This document shows, one piece after another, positions 30,909-40,480 of a stretch of DNA of 64,000 nucleotides (the first letter of the stretch is position 1; every line of letters begins with the position of its first letter). Under the pieces are notes generated by a model that made no database searches, was not told the DNA's origin, and saw only the letters and a program-made list of their open reading frames with translations. Made by a program: the position numbers and the translations under genes. The DNA comes from SAR86 cluster bacterium (GTDB taxonomy: Bacteria; Pseudomonadota; Gammaproteobacteria; Magnimaribacterales; D2472). Location of the stretch: assembly GCA_029254395.1 (NCBI GenBank), contig JAQWXQ010000042.1, positions 8,558 to 72,557 on the forward strand, read 5' to 3'.

Positions 30909-31360
30909 AAGAAGTAGATATAAAAATTTTAAATCCGTTGATGAATGAGCATATATCACTTCCCTCCTATGGTACCGATGGCTCTGGAGGAATGGATTTG
31001 AGGGCTTGCATTGATAGCCCAATTCAGATCTCACCGTCCCAAACAATAATGATACCAATGGGGTTTGCAATGCACTTGGGAAACAAAGAATATGCTGCAC
31101 TTGTTATACCTAGGTCTGGCCTTGGATCAAAACATGGCATAGTCTTAGGTAATTTAGTAGGCCTAATTGATTCAGACTACCAAGGCGAATTGATGGTTCC
31201 GGCTTGGAATAGGTCTGAGGAATTATTTACAATTAATCCTGGAGATAGAATAGCTCAGATGATAATAGTTCCTGTGGCGCAGGTAAAATTTAATATTGTT
31301 AAAGAGTTTAATAAATCTGAGAGAGGCGAAAAAGGTTTTGGCAGTTCAGGTATAAATTGA
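30905..31360 (+). CDS. dut: dUTP diphosphatase
   Basis: 151-aa ORF with the motifs [25 protein letters not shown] and [11 protein letters not shown]. It overlaps sixA by 4 nt. Confidence 0.95.
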   Translation: MKEVDIKILNPLMNEHISLPSYGTDGSGGMDLRACIDSPIQISPSQTIMIPMGFAMHLGNKEYAALVIPRSGLGSKHGIVLGNLVGLIDSDYQGELMVPAWNRSEELFTINPGDRIAQMIIVPVAQVKFNIVKEFNKSERGEKGFGSSGIN

Positions 31361-31367
31361 TAATTTA

Positions 31368-31613
31368 TTACTTCTTACCAAATCTTTCTTCAAATTTCTG
31401 TACTCTACCACCCGTATCAATAATTTTCTGCTTGCCAGTATAAAAAGGATGAGATGCAGAAGAGATATCAAGAGTATAATATGGATATGTTTTTCCATCT
31501 TCCCACTCTTTTGTTTGAGTTGTCTCTAACGTTGAGCGTATTAGAAAGAATTTATCAGCGCTCGGATCATGGAACAGAACTTCGCGGTATGTAGGATGTA
31601 TATCTTTTTTCAT
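31368..31613 (-). CDS. rpmE2: 50S ribosomal protein L31, type B (no CxxC zinc motif)
   Basis: Track ORF extends to 31706; the true start is ATG 31613 ([16 protein letters not shown]...SHPFYTGKQ). The sequence has the YkgM-type pattern and lacks the Cys pairs. Confidence 0.9.
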   Translation of the reverse strand: MKKDIHPTYREVLFHDPSADKFFLIRSTLETTQTKEWEDGKTYPYYTLDISSASHPFYTGKQKIIDTGGRVQKFEERFGKK

Positions 31614-31672
31614 AATAAAACCAAATTTTGGATGAGAATCATAACAAAAAACCTCTTCTTTACAATGGAAAA

Positions 31673-33652
31673 ATGAATTTTTTTTATTTTCAAATAGCAG
31701 TACCAATACCCGTCCGGGAGGTTTTTACATATAAAAGCAGCGAAATGCTCGCTAAAGGAGCGCGGGTTCAAATTTCATTTGGTAGTAAAACTTTAATTGG
31801 TATTGTTATTGAGCAATTAAAATTCAAGCCAGCATACGAAGTAAAAGAAGTTTCTAAAATATTTGAAAACAAGCCTATATTTGAAAATAATATTTTCAAT
31901 TGCCTTATTTGGGCATCAAAATACTATCACCATCCTATAGGAGAAGTCTTTCAGACATTCACTCCTAACTTATTAAGAAATGATAAAAAATCTCTCCCAA
32001 ATATTGATGACTCCTCGATAAATGACTACAACGTCAATGTTAATGACATGCATCAAGATCTTACAGCATCGCAAACCAAGGCTATTAAAAATATTAATAT
32101 AGATAAAGAATTCAATATTAGCTTGTTGCATGGTGTCACTGGATCAGGAAAAACCGAGGTGTACCTTAATCTAGTGAGCAGCATTATCAACAAGAATCAA
32201 GCAGCTCTTATTCTTGTTCCAGAGATAAATTTAACACCACAGCTCCATAAAGTTTTTTCAGCAAGATTCAATGGAGAAATAGGTTTATATCATTCAAAAC
32301 AAACTCCACTTCAAAGGTTTAAAGTTTGGAGCAAAGCTAGATCAGGAAATATTCGTATAGTGATAGGAACAAGATCGGCAATTATGAATCCTATTCTCAA
32401 TCTTGGTTTAATAATTATAGATGAGGAGCATGATCAGTCCTTTAAGCAATCAGAGGGGTTTAAATTCTCAGCTCGAGAATTAGGCATCAAAAGAGCACAA
32501 AAAGAGAGTATACCTATCTTGCTTGGCTCAGCCACCCCATCTCTCTCTGTTCTTAAGCTGGTTGAAGAAAATAAAATTACTAAGATAAATATGTCTGAAA
32601 GAGTAGATGGAAGAAAACCCCCTAGTCTTATTATTTTAGATATAAATAATAAAAAGTTAACTTCTGGTATCGCACAAGAATCTTTAGAAGCCATAGACAA
32701 GACATTAAAAGAGAACAAGCAAGTCTTAATATTTATCAATAGAAGAGGTTTTGCACCTATGCTCCAATGTAATTCATGTGGCTGGACTGCAGAATGTTCG
32801 GCTTGTGAATCAAATCTTGTTTACCATAAAGAAAGGAACAGATTGATTTGTCATAGATGTGAATCTGCTTATGGCAAACCTGAGCTATGTCCTAACTGCG
32901 CATCAGGCCAAATAGAACTCCTTGGTCTCGGTACAGAAAAAGTTGAGGACTATCTTGCAAGAACATTCCCTGATGTGAACACCATTAGAATTGATCAAGA
33001 CTCTACAAAGAAAAAAAACTCTATGAATGAAATATATGAGCAACTGAACAACAGTGGCCCAGCAATCCTTGTAGGCACACAGATGCTTGCTAAGGGCCAT
33101 GACTTTAATAATGTGGCTTTGACATTGGTTATCAATGCCGATAACGGCCTGATTAGCCCTGAAATAAACGCACTAGAAAAAGTATCTCAACTACTGATCC
33201 AAGTTTCTGGAAGGGCCGGAAGAAAAAGCAATGATCCAAAAGTTATTATTCAAACCAGATACCCTCAAGACAAGACATTAAACCAAATTAGGAATGGAGA
33301 TTACTTATCTTTTGCAAATAAGAAACTAGCAGAAAACAAAGCATCAAGCTTGCCACCTTATTCGTGTGCATCTGTATTAAGATCGACATCCCCAACACAA
33401 CAAAATAATATTAATTTCCTTTTAAAAGTTGAGAGCCTTCTAAAAGGAAAGAAAAATATAATTACACTCGGTCCTCTTCCATCTTTTGTTGCAAAAACAA
33501 AAGGTTCTTATAAGCACTCTCTTTATGTACAAACTTCAAATAGGGCTTACTTAAACAGAGTTTTAGCCTTTTTGGCAAACGAGATAAGTGGACTGAAAGA
33601 GTCAAAGAAGGTTAGATGGTCATTTGATATTGACCCTATAGACTTTTCTTAA
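31673..33652 (+). CDS. priA: primosomal replication-restart helicase PriA
   Basis: Track ORF starts at 31628 (TTG); ATG 31673 ([14 protein letters not shown]) fits the PriA N-terminus. It has Walker [11 protein letters not shown], a DEEH box, and the Cys-rich zinc region CNSCGW..CSAC..CHRC..CPNC. Confidence 0.9.
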   Translation: MNFFYFQIAVPIPVREVFTYKSSEMLAKGARVQISFGSKTLIGIVIEQLKFKPAYEVKEVSKIFENKPIFENNIFNCLIWASKYYHHPIGEVFQTFTPNLLRNDKKSLPNIDDSSINDYNVNVNDMHQDLTASQTKAIKNINIDKEFNISLLHGVTGSGKTEVYLNLVSSIINKNQAALILVPEINLTPQLHKVFSARFNGEIGLYHSKQTPLQRFKVWSKARSGNIRIVIGTRSAIMNPILNLGLIIIDEEHDQSFKQSEGFKFSARELGIKRAQKESIPILLGSATPSLSVLKLVEENKITKINMSERVDGRKPPSLIILDINNKKLTSGIAQESLEAIDKTLKENKQVLIFINRRGFAPMLQCNSCGWTAECSACESNLVYHKERNRLICHRCESAYGKPELCPNCASGQIELLGLGTEKVEDYLARTFPDVNTIRIDQDSTKKKNSMNEIYEQLNNSGPAILVGTQMLAKGHDFNNVALTLVINADNGLISPEINALEKVSQLLIQVSGRAGRKSNDPKVIIQTRYPQDKTLNQIRNGDYLSFANKKLAENKASSLPPYSCASVLRSTSPTQQNNINFLLKVESLLKGKKNIITLGPLPSFVAKTKGSYKHSLYVQTSNRAYLNRVLAFLANEISGLKESKKVRWSFDIDPIDFS

Positions 33653-34896
33653 ATTTTTATTTTAATTATTTGACCTGGATATATGGCTTTATTTTTTAGT
33701 TTATTCTCAACCTCAATAGCTTCAACAGTCAGACCAAACCTAACTGCAATTTCTGATAAAACATCACCTTTTTGGATTTCATACATCACATAATCAGAAT
33801 TATCTTCAAAAATACTATCTGGAATAGGAGCATTCTTAAAGTAGTTATGCAAACCAAGAAAAATAGACCTTGCAATCATTCTTCGACCCGGTTTTCCTTT
33901 AAGCCTCTCGGCATCATCAGGATTTGTCATAAATCCAGACTCAATTAATACAGAGGGAGTATCAAACGATTTTAGGACCCTAAAATCTGCATATTCAATA
34001 TTTTTTTTATGAAGCTTAGTATATGGATCATTCCTAAGCTCCGATAGAATCTCATTACCAAGTTTCATGCTATCACTTATTTTTTTTTCATAAATATCAG
34101 GAAAATTTACTCTCGCCTCATCTTCATCAAAATCGTTTTCAGCAATCTTTCCTATTTTTGAAGCTAGAGCTTTTTTGGATAGATTTTCTGCTGATATAGA
34201 TGATGATTTCGCTGACCATATATATACTGAAGCACCCTTAACTGATGAAAGTCGAAACCCATCTGCATGAATAGATATGAATATATCAGCACCCATTCTT
34301 CTTGTAGAAAGGTATCTCTCATTTAGATCAACCAACTCATCACCAACTCTTATCATCTTCGGAGAATAGCCTGAGACATCTCTTAGCGTTCTTTCTAGTT
34401 CTTTTGCGATAAGTAGAGTGATATCTTTCTCTAAGACATTATTTGAACCTACCGCGCCTGGATCTCTGCCGCCATGCCCAGCATCAATTGCGACCACTAT
34501 ATCTCGAGTATTTTTTTGATTTTTTTTATTTCTCTTTAATACAAGTTTTAATAAAATCCCATCTGATGTTTTTACTTGAGTAGGCTTCTCCCAGTCAACA
34601 TACTCATACATATCAATTACTAGCTTTGATAGTTTATTGTTTTGGGCAGCTCTTATTTGCTTAATTGGAAAATTAAAAGGTCTTGTTTTTATAGACTTTA
34701 AGGTTGAGTTTTCAATTTCTAGAACGATTCTCGATGGGTTTTTTAGCCCATATGATTTTACGTATGAAACCTTATCTAATTTATATGTTATTTCTAAAGA
34801 CGAGTCACTTAGCTCTTTAACATCTACAAATTTAACCTCATTTGATAACAAGTTGGATGCCAAAGTAAATATGCAAATAAATAAATAATTTCTCAT
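33649..34896 (-). CDS. amiC: N-acetylmuramoyl-L-alanine amidase (AMIN N-domain, Amidase_3, C-terminal LysM)
   Basis: 415-aa ORF with a signal peptide. Motifs are VVAIDAGHGGRDPGA, SIHAD and ESGFMTN, plus the LysM segment YEIQKGDVLSEIA. Confidence 0.85.
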   Translation of the reverse strand: MRNYLFICIFTLASNLLSNEVKFVDVKELSDSSLEITYKLDKVSYVKSYGLKNPSRIVLEIENSTLKSIKTRPFNFPIKQIRAAQNNKLSKLVIDMYEYVDWEKPTQVKTSDGILLKLVLKRNKKNQKNTRDIVVAIDAGHGGRDPGAVGSNNVLEKDITLLIAKELERTLRDVSGYSPKMIRVGDELVDLNERYLSTRRMGADIFISIHADGFRLSSVKGASVYIWSAKSSSISAENLSKKALASKIGKIAENDFDEDEARVNFPDIYEKKISDSMKLGNEILSELRNDPYTKLHKKNIEYADFRVLKSFDTPSVLIESGFMTNPDDAERLKGKPGRRMIARSIFLGLHNYFKNAPIPDSIFEDNSDYVMYEIQKGDVLSEIAVRFGLTVEAIEVENKLKNKAIYPGQIIKIKI

Positions 34897-34902
34897 TATT
34901 TT

Positions 34903-35358
34903 TTAAAGGTTAATTGTTTCTAATAACTTTTGAGAGTGGATTTTAACAGAAACTTCTCTTTTATTTGATTTGTGTTCAAGAAAAATTTCCATGTCTGGAT
35001 CTCTTTTTGTTTTTAGCTTTTCTGGCCATTCAATAATAACTACTTTCTTTTTATCAACACTCCTATCTATATCGAAAAGATCAATATCCTCGATATCTTC
35101 AGACCTATATAAATCAATATGAAGAAAAAGGAGTTCATTCAAATCATATTCTTCACATAGAGTATAAGTCGGGCTTTTTACCAAGCCGCTCCATCCAGAA
35201 CTTTGAATTATTGATCTAGATATAAATGTTTTTCCTGCACCAAGATCTCCATGAAGATGAATCTCAAGATTTCTAGCACTACAACTTTTTATGCTTTCAG
35301 CTAGTTGCGATCCAAGCTTAATAGTAGCTTGCTCGTTCTCTAAAAATACCTTACTCAT
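34903..35358 (-). CDS. tsaE: tRNA t6A37 biosynthesis ATPase TsaE
   Basis: 151-aa ORF with GDLGAGKTF, SPTYTL and HIDLYR. Confidence 0.85.
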   Translation of the reverse strand: MSKVFLENEQATIKLGSQLAESIKSCSARNLEIHLHGDLGAGKTFISRSIIQSSGWSGLVKSPTYTLCEEYDLNELLFLHIDLYRSEDIEDIDLFDIDRSVDKKKVVIIEWPEKLKTKRDPDMEIFLEHKSNKREVSVKIHSQKLLETINL

Positions 35359-36197
35359 AAATTTATTCTTTTTCTAATATTTTGTATAAGTTCTGATGAT
35401 TTTAACCCAATCTCTCCATGCTCATCTCTATAATCATTCCCAGCTTTGCCATGAACAGCCACAGCAATTCTGCAAGCATCCTCTATATTTATATTCTGAG
35501 ACACCATAGAGGAAATAAGGCCTGCCAAAACGTCTCCACTACCTGGAATTGCTAGCTCAGGACCACCTTCTTGGCATTTGTATATTTTATTTGAGAATAT
35601 TATGGTTTGATAGCCTTTCAAGATCACATGAGCTTTAAATTTTTCGTTTAGCTCTTTCGCACAGCTTATTCTATTTTCTTGCACATATTTAACACTTCTG
35701 TTGAGTAAATCAGCTGCCTCACCAGGATGAGGCGTAAGAATTAGATTTTTAGGAAGCTGAGTATTTTCAGTATTAATTTTTGAAAGTAAGCGAAGTGCGC
35801 CTGCATCTATAATTAAATTTATATGTTTGTCTTTACAACATTCAATAGTTTTAATGAAAGCCTCTTTAGACCATTCACTATCGCCAAATCCAACTCCGCA
35901 TACAACCGTATCAATACCCTCAAAATAAGAACAAAATTTTATAAAATTTGAAATATCATAAGTCATCACCTCAGGTAATCTTAATAGCGAAGCGGTAACA
36001 TTCTCTTTTTTTGTTAATAAAGTTATCAGTCCCGCCCCAGACATTAGGGCAGATTCAGAGGTAAGTATTGCCGCTCCTCCCATACCAGCATCACCGCCAA
36101 CAACCAGAACTTTTCCATATTGACCTTTATGAGAGTTTTTAAATCTTCTTGGTAAGAACCCCTGTATGTCTTTATAGGCTAGACTATTTACAGTCAT
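35355..36197 (-). CDS. nnrD: ADP-dependent NAD(P)H-hydrate dehydratase (dehydratase domain only)
   Basis: 280-aa ORF with HKGQYGKVLVVGG..GMGGAAIL, LTPHPGE and GSGDVLAG. It overlaps tsaE by 4 nt (yjeF-yjeE-ami order). Confidence 0.85.
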   Translation of the reverse strand: MTVNSLAYKDIQGFLPRRFKNSHKGQYGKVLVVGGDAGMGGAAILTSESALMSGAGLITLLTKKENVTASLLRLPEVMTYDISNFIKFCSYFEGIDTVVCGVGFGDSEWSKEAFIKTIECCKDKHINLIIDAGALRLLSKINTENTQLPKNLILTPHPGEAADLLNRSVKYVQENRISCAKELNEKFKAHVILKGYQTIIFSNKIYKCQEGGPELAIPGSGDVLAGLISSMVSQNINIEDACRIAVAVHGKAGNDYRDEHGEIGLKSSELIQNIRKRINL

Positions 36198-36206
36198 AAA
36201 AATTTT

Positions 36207-37577
36207 TTATTTAATTGGAAGATAGGCAATTCTATCTGCATGAAATGAACCGATATAAATATAATCATTATGCGGCACTGCAACTGTAGGAAGGCCAAAT
36301 GCTGATTCTTTAACTTTATATTCTTTAACTGGCTCTAGCTTATTTTTATCAAGCTCAATTATGGTAAAAGGCAAAGAGCATGCAATAGATTCTATACATG
36401 TTGACGAATCCCCAGGCTGGTGATTAAGCTCAGTCACCCACAATGAATCATTCTTAATGACAATATTATCTGGGCTTTGAACAAAAAAAGTATTCTTTAT
36501 TTCTTTCTTATCAATATCATAACTTTTAACAGAGTCCCCAGTGTTATAGGCAACATAAAGAGTTCTGGCGTCCTCGTCCAAACTTATACCATTCGGCTGG
36601 CTTCCAAAAGACTTTTCAAGGATAGAAAAACTTTTACCATCCCAGTATTTGACATGACCGGTTTCAGGTTTAAACAAGACGTCTAGGAGCCACCTATTCC
36701 AAGTTAGTCCCCTATCAAACATGTAGGTAGTATAAAAAGTGCCATCTTTAAAAAACGCAATATCATTTAGATAGATTGTAGGATCTGCTTCAATACAGCC
36801 CTTCCATTCAATTCCCCATTCCTCATCTTTTTTAATTAGTTCAAACATCTCAACGGTTTCTCTTGGCTTATGATTTATTACACCAAGCTGATATCTGCCA
36901 TCATCTCTTTCAACAATACCTATTCCATGAGTATTAAAACTATCATTTTTATCTCTTTGACAGCTATCTTGACCCCATTCATTTATGCCAAAAGTTAAGT
37001 TGATATCAAGTATTCTTTTCGTTTTTAAATTAAATAATTTTAAGAAAGAAGAGTTGTCTTTCCCAAAGGGATCAATCCCACCAAATTCACTAATGAGCAG
37101 CCATTCATTATCTGGAAGTACTACTATGTCCTCAGGATTTTTAAACCCACAAAACACATCTATGACCTCATCAGATTGGCAAACTTCTATATTCTTTTCA
37201 GGGCCTAAGTAGTCTCGTGAAATAATCAAAAAGGCTAAAAAGACTAACATCATTGAAATGGGTATCATCCATCGGAAGTAGTTATTAAAAATTTTAGTCA
37301 CTAAGCTCTTAATGTGATCAGCAAACAATAACAACGCCAACCCACGCATTACAAGCAAAACACCAATTATGAATGTTACAAGCATCCACATAGTCTGATG
37401 CCAATCATTTTGATTTGTTGCCGTTAATAAGCACAGAAGGCCTATAAATATAGTTATATAACCTAGAGGCCTAACATCTTTTAATTCTAAAAATTTATTT
37501 ACGATGCTTTGAGTTATTGGCTTAATTAGAATAAGAACAGACAAGCCAAGAAAAGCAAAAAAATAAAAATAGTTCAT
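36207..37577 (-). CDS. paraoxonase/arylesterase-like six-bladed beta-propeller with N-terminal multi-TM extension
   Basis: 456-aa ORF. The first ~120 aa contain about four hydrophobic helices. The remainder shows FNTHGIGIVERDD..YQLGVINHKPRETVEMFEL, LNDIAFFKDGTFYTT and QPNGISLDEDARTLYVA. These parallel the PON-family blocks FNPHGIS..VVNH..TVE.F, NDI..FY.T and ANGI..YVA as I recall them. Confidence 0.5.
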   Translation of the reverse strand: MNYFYFFAFLGLSVLILIKPITQSIVNKFLELKDVRPLGYITIFIGLLCLLTATNQNDWHQTMWMLVTFIIGVLLVMRGLALLLFADHIKSLVTKIFNNYFRWMIPISMMLVFLAFLIISRDYLGPEKNIEVCQSDEVIDVFCGFKNPEDIVVLPDNEWLLISEFGGIDPFGKDNSSFLKLFNLKTKRILDINLTFGINEWGQDSCQRDKNDSFNTHGIGIVERDDGRYQLGVINHKPRETVEMFELIKKDEEWGIEWKGCIEADPTIYLNDIAFFKDGTFYTTYMFDRGLTWNRWLLDVLFKPETGHVKYWDGKSFSILEKSFGSQPNGISLDEDARTLYVAYNTGDSVKSYDIDKKEIKNTFFVQSPDNIVIKNDSLWVTELNHQPGDSSTCIESIACSLPFTIIELDKNKLEPVKEYKVKESAFGLPTVAVPHNDYIYIGSFHADRIAYLPIK

Positions 37578-37581
37578 ATAT

Positions 37582-38478
37582 CTAAATCTTAGACTTTTTA
37601 AGTATTAATTCAATTAACTCCTGGGGCTTATCCAATGGAACATGGTGCGCTGCACCCTCGACATTAATAAATTGCATCTTATCTGAATAAGCTCTCTTTG
37701 CATTTTCCAATAATTTTCCCGAAGTAAGAAGACTATTTTCTCCATGAACAAATACAGCAGGGCAATTGAAAGAAAATTTATATCCAAACAGTCTCTCTAA
37801 GCCAGTAAACATCTTGTCATCAAACTTCCATCTCCACCCATCTTGCGTATTTTTAATCGAGTGCTCGGCAATATATCTTAGGTACCAATCATTTTCACAA
37901 TCCTGCTTGGGCATTAGACGAAATCTTCCCAGAAGGCTTTCTTTATTATCGTAGTATTTAATCATTCTAAGGGGGCCATTTTTTTTATGTTCTGAATTAT
38001 CATAATTTGGTGGACGAATAAACGTATCTATTATCATCAACCCATCTATGAGTTCCTTTTCTTCTGTAGCAACAAACCCTGCAACATGCCCACCTAGTGA
38101 GTGACCAACAAGATATGTATAGGTAGAGTTATTAATATCCTTTTCATGCTTAATAACACTAGTAACACAGTCACCAAAATCCTCTACCTTATAGCTCTCT
38201 CTAAAGTCCGAATCTCCCATGCCGGGAAGATCTATTGAAATAACATGTGCATTTGAGTTTAAGCCCGGGGCTATTGGATACCACCATTTCTTATGAGCTC
38301 CTGTGCCGTGAATTAAAATAATTAGATTACTTGTTTCAGATTTTGATTTCCAAAATGAGTAACTGATATTTCCTTTTACATCACCTAAAACCTTTTCTTC
38401 TGGGCTTGCATTAATAGCACGTTGGAACCACTCGGGAGCATGAGCCATATCGTTTTTAAGATTCTTAGAAATTTTCAT
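37582..38478 (-). CDS. alpha/beta-fold hydrolase
   Basis: 298-aa ORF with the HG oxyanion motif (LIHGTGAH), nucleophile elbow GHSLGG and a C-terminal His (AAHHVP). It lies 4 nt upstream of the PON-like gene on the same strand. Confidence 0.7.
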   Translation of the reverse strand: MKISKNLKNDMAHAPEWFQRAINASPEEKVLGDVKGNISYSFWKSKSETSNLIILIHGTGAHKKWWYPIAPGLNSNAHVISIDLPGMGDSDFRESYKVEDFGDCVTSVIKHEKDINNSTYTYLVGHSLGGHVAGFVATEEKELIDGLMIIDTFIRPPNYDNSEHKKNGPLRMIKYYDNKESLLGRFRLMPKQDCENDWYLRYIAEHSIKNTQDGWRWKFDDKMFTGLERLFGYKFSFNCPAVFVHGENSLLTSGKLLENAKRAYSDKMQFINVEGAAHHVPLDKPQELIELILKKSKI

Positions 38479-38510
38479 AATATGTATTCTAAGGCATATA
38501 TAATAATTTT

Positions 38511-39302
38511 ATGAATAAAAATAATCTTACACCAGCTGCTACCGTTCTGCTTTTTAAAAACTCTGCAGCAGGCCCAAAGGTGTTTATGGTAAAGAGGTCC
38601 AAGAAGCCCCCGTTTGAAAATTTATATGTATTTCCTGGAGGAAAGGTTGATCAAGATGATGGAAGTAGCAAAATGTATGATTTGTGCAAAGGATTGAATG
38701 ATGAAAAGGCCTCATCTCAACTTAATATAGGTTCAGGAGGTCTTGCTTATTGGGTTGCTGCAATACGGGAGTCTTTTGAGGAAGTGGGCATATTAATGGC
38801 TGATCTTTCTGATAAGCAATTAGGAGCAGGAGATTCATATAATGAAAAACTAAAGGGCTATAGGGATAGTATTAATAATGGTGAACTAACGTTTTATGAA
38901 ATGTTGGTTAGAGAAAGTCTAGATATTTCACTTGATAGTATTTCGCCATTATCTCACTGGATAACACCGGAGATAGAAAAGAGAAGATTTAATACTAGGT
39001 TTTTTGTAGCAGAAATACCTAATTTTCAGACTGGCGAGCATGATGGTAGAGAGACAACAGATAGCGTCTGGATAACTCCAGAGGAAGCCTTAAAGAAAGC
39101 AGAATCTGGCGATATGCAAATGATAATGCCAACAACTAAAAACCTAGAAAGTTGCTGCGGTTTTAATTCAGTAGAAGAATTAATTAATGCAAAGAAGAAT
39201 ATTGAACCAACTGATCGCCCATCAATACTTCCAAAATTTTTTAAAAAGAATGGTAATTGGGTTGGGCTACTCCCAGGTGATGAAGGTTATGAGCAAGCCT
39301 GA
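38511..39302 (+). CDS. NUDIX hydrolase
   Basis: 263-aa ORF with a Nudix box: GGKVDQDDG...AAIRESFEEVGIL. Confidence 0.75.
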   Translation: MNKNNLTPAATVLLFKNSAAGPKVFMVKRSKKPPFENLYVFPGGKVDQDDGSSKMYDLCKGLNDEKASSQLNIGSGGLAYWVAAIRESFEEVGILMADLSDKQLGAGDSYNEKLKGYRDSINNGELTFYEMLVRESLDISLDSISPLSHWITPEIEKRRFNTRFFVAEIPNFQTGEHDGRETTDSVWITPEEALKKAESGDMQMIMPTTKNLESCCGFNSVEELINAKKNIEPTDRPSILPKFFKKNGNWVGLLPGDEGYEQA

Positions 39303-40104
39303 TCACTTATTAATAAAAAAGATTACAGCTCCGAATGGAGGTATTTTTACTGGAGGAGGAACCAATACATATATTATTGGTATTAATGATATAACAATAA
39401 TTGATCCAGGCCCTATTGAAGAGTCTCACGCAAAAAATATTCTAGATACTTACGGAGATAGAATAAAGCGAATCCTCGTTACCCATACTCATATGGATCA
39501 TTCACCCTTAGCAACCCCGCTATCAAAAGAGCTCGATGTCCCATTAATGGGCATGACCATTTTGGACAATATGGACTACCAAGATGAGAGCTTTAAGCCT
39601 TCATCACATCTTCAGGACGGCGACCTAATTGAAACAGGCGAATACACTATTGAAGTTGTGCATACACCTGGGCATGCCTCTAATCACCTTTGTTACTTGA
39701 TTAAAGATAATAACTGTTTAATTACAGGTGATCATATTATGCAAGGCTCAACAGTTGTCATAGCACCTCCTGATGGAAACATGAGAGACTATTTGCTCTC
39801 CCTGGAGAAGCTCAAAAATTATAAAATAGATTTTCTTGCTCCAGGCCATGGAGAATACATAGATAAGCCATTTGAAGCAGTAGATTGGATAGTAAATCAT
39901 AGGCTCGAAAGAGAAGCCAAAGTGCTTAAAAAGCTACAGAAAGTAGGAAAAATTTCTTTAAATGATTTAGTTCTTGAGGTTTACGATGATGTTGATTCAA
40001 GGCTTCATAAAATTGCATTAGCCAGCTTGGAGGCCCATCTTTTTAAATTGCAGGAAGAAAAAGCTGCAGAATTTGACGGATCTTTTTGGTCTTGTATTAA
40101 TTAA
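39289..40104 (+). CDS. MBL-fold metallo-hydrolase (LACTB2-like, C-terminal winged-helix-like tail)
   Basis: Track ORF starts at 39187; ATG 39289 (MSKPDHLL) leaves only a 14-nt overlap with the NUDIX gene. Motifs are TNTYIIG, HTHMDH, HTPGH and GDH. Confidence 0.8.
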   Translation: MSKPDHLLIKKITAPNGGIFTGGGTNTYIIGINDITIIDPGPIEESHAKNILDTYGDRIKRILVTHTHMDHSPLATPLSKELDVPLMGMTILDNMDYQDESFKPSSHLQDGDLIETGEYTIEVVHTPGHASNHLCYLIKDNNCLITGDHIMQGSTVVIAPPDGNMRDYLLSLEKLKNYKIDFLAPGHGEYIDKPFEAVDWIVNHRLEREAKVLKKLQKVGKISLNDLVLEVYDDVDSRLHKIALASLEAHLFKLQEEKAAEFDGSFWSCIN

Positions 40105-40480
40105 CCTCTTTTAAAACCACTTTTTCTATATTTTCAAATTCTTTTTTATCGGCTGCATCTTGGAGCTCTTTTTGAAATTTATCACTTGGGTTAGCCTTTT
40201 GAGTTGCTTTAACTTTTTTCTTTTTTGTTAACAACAAAGATCTATCTATATTTTTTTCTGACAGCTCAGCTTCATTGCCCATGCAAGTTACTACATTTTC
40301 CGATACAGCAACCATCGGTGTCCTCTTTGAGATTATTGGTTGGTGATTCATTGGTTTTTGCATACAGCCAATCATGCTTGCGGAAGAAATTGGACCACCT
40401 GAATCAAAATCTTCAACATCTATTGCACATCCACTTAACAGAACTGCAAATGGTAATAGTTTTAATATATAGCCTGTCAA
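40097..40480 (-). CDS. hypothetical lipoprotein
   Basis: 127-aa ORF with a lipobox (LLSGC). I recognise no other motifs. Its start overlaps the stop of the upstream acs by 4 nt. Confidence 0.5.
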   Translation of the reverse strand: MTGYILKLLPFAVLLSGCAIDVEDFDSGGPISSASMIGCMQKPMNHQPIISKRTPMVAVSENVVTCMGNEAELSEKNIDRSLLLTKKKKVKATQKANPSDKFQKELQDAADKKEFENIEKVVLKEVN

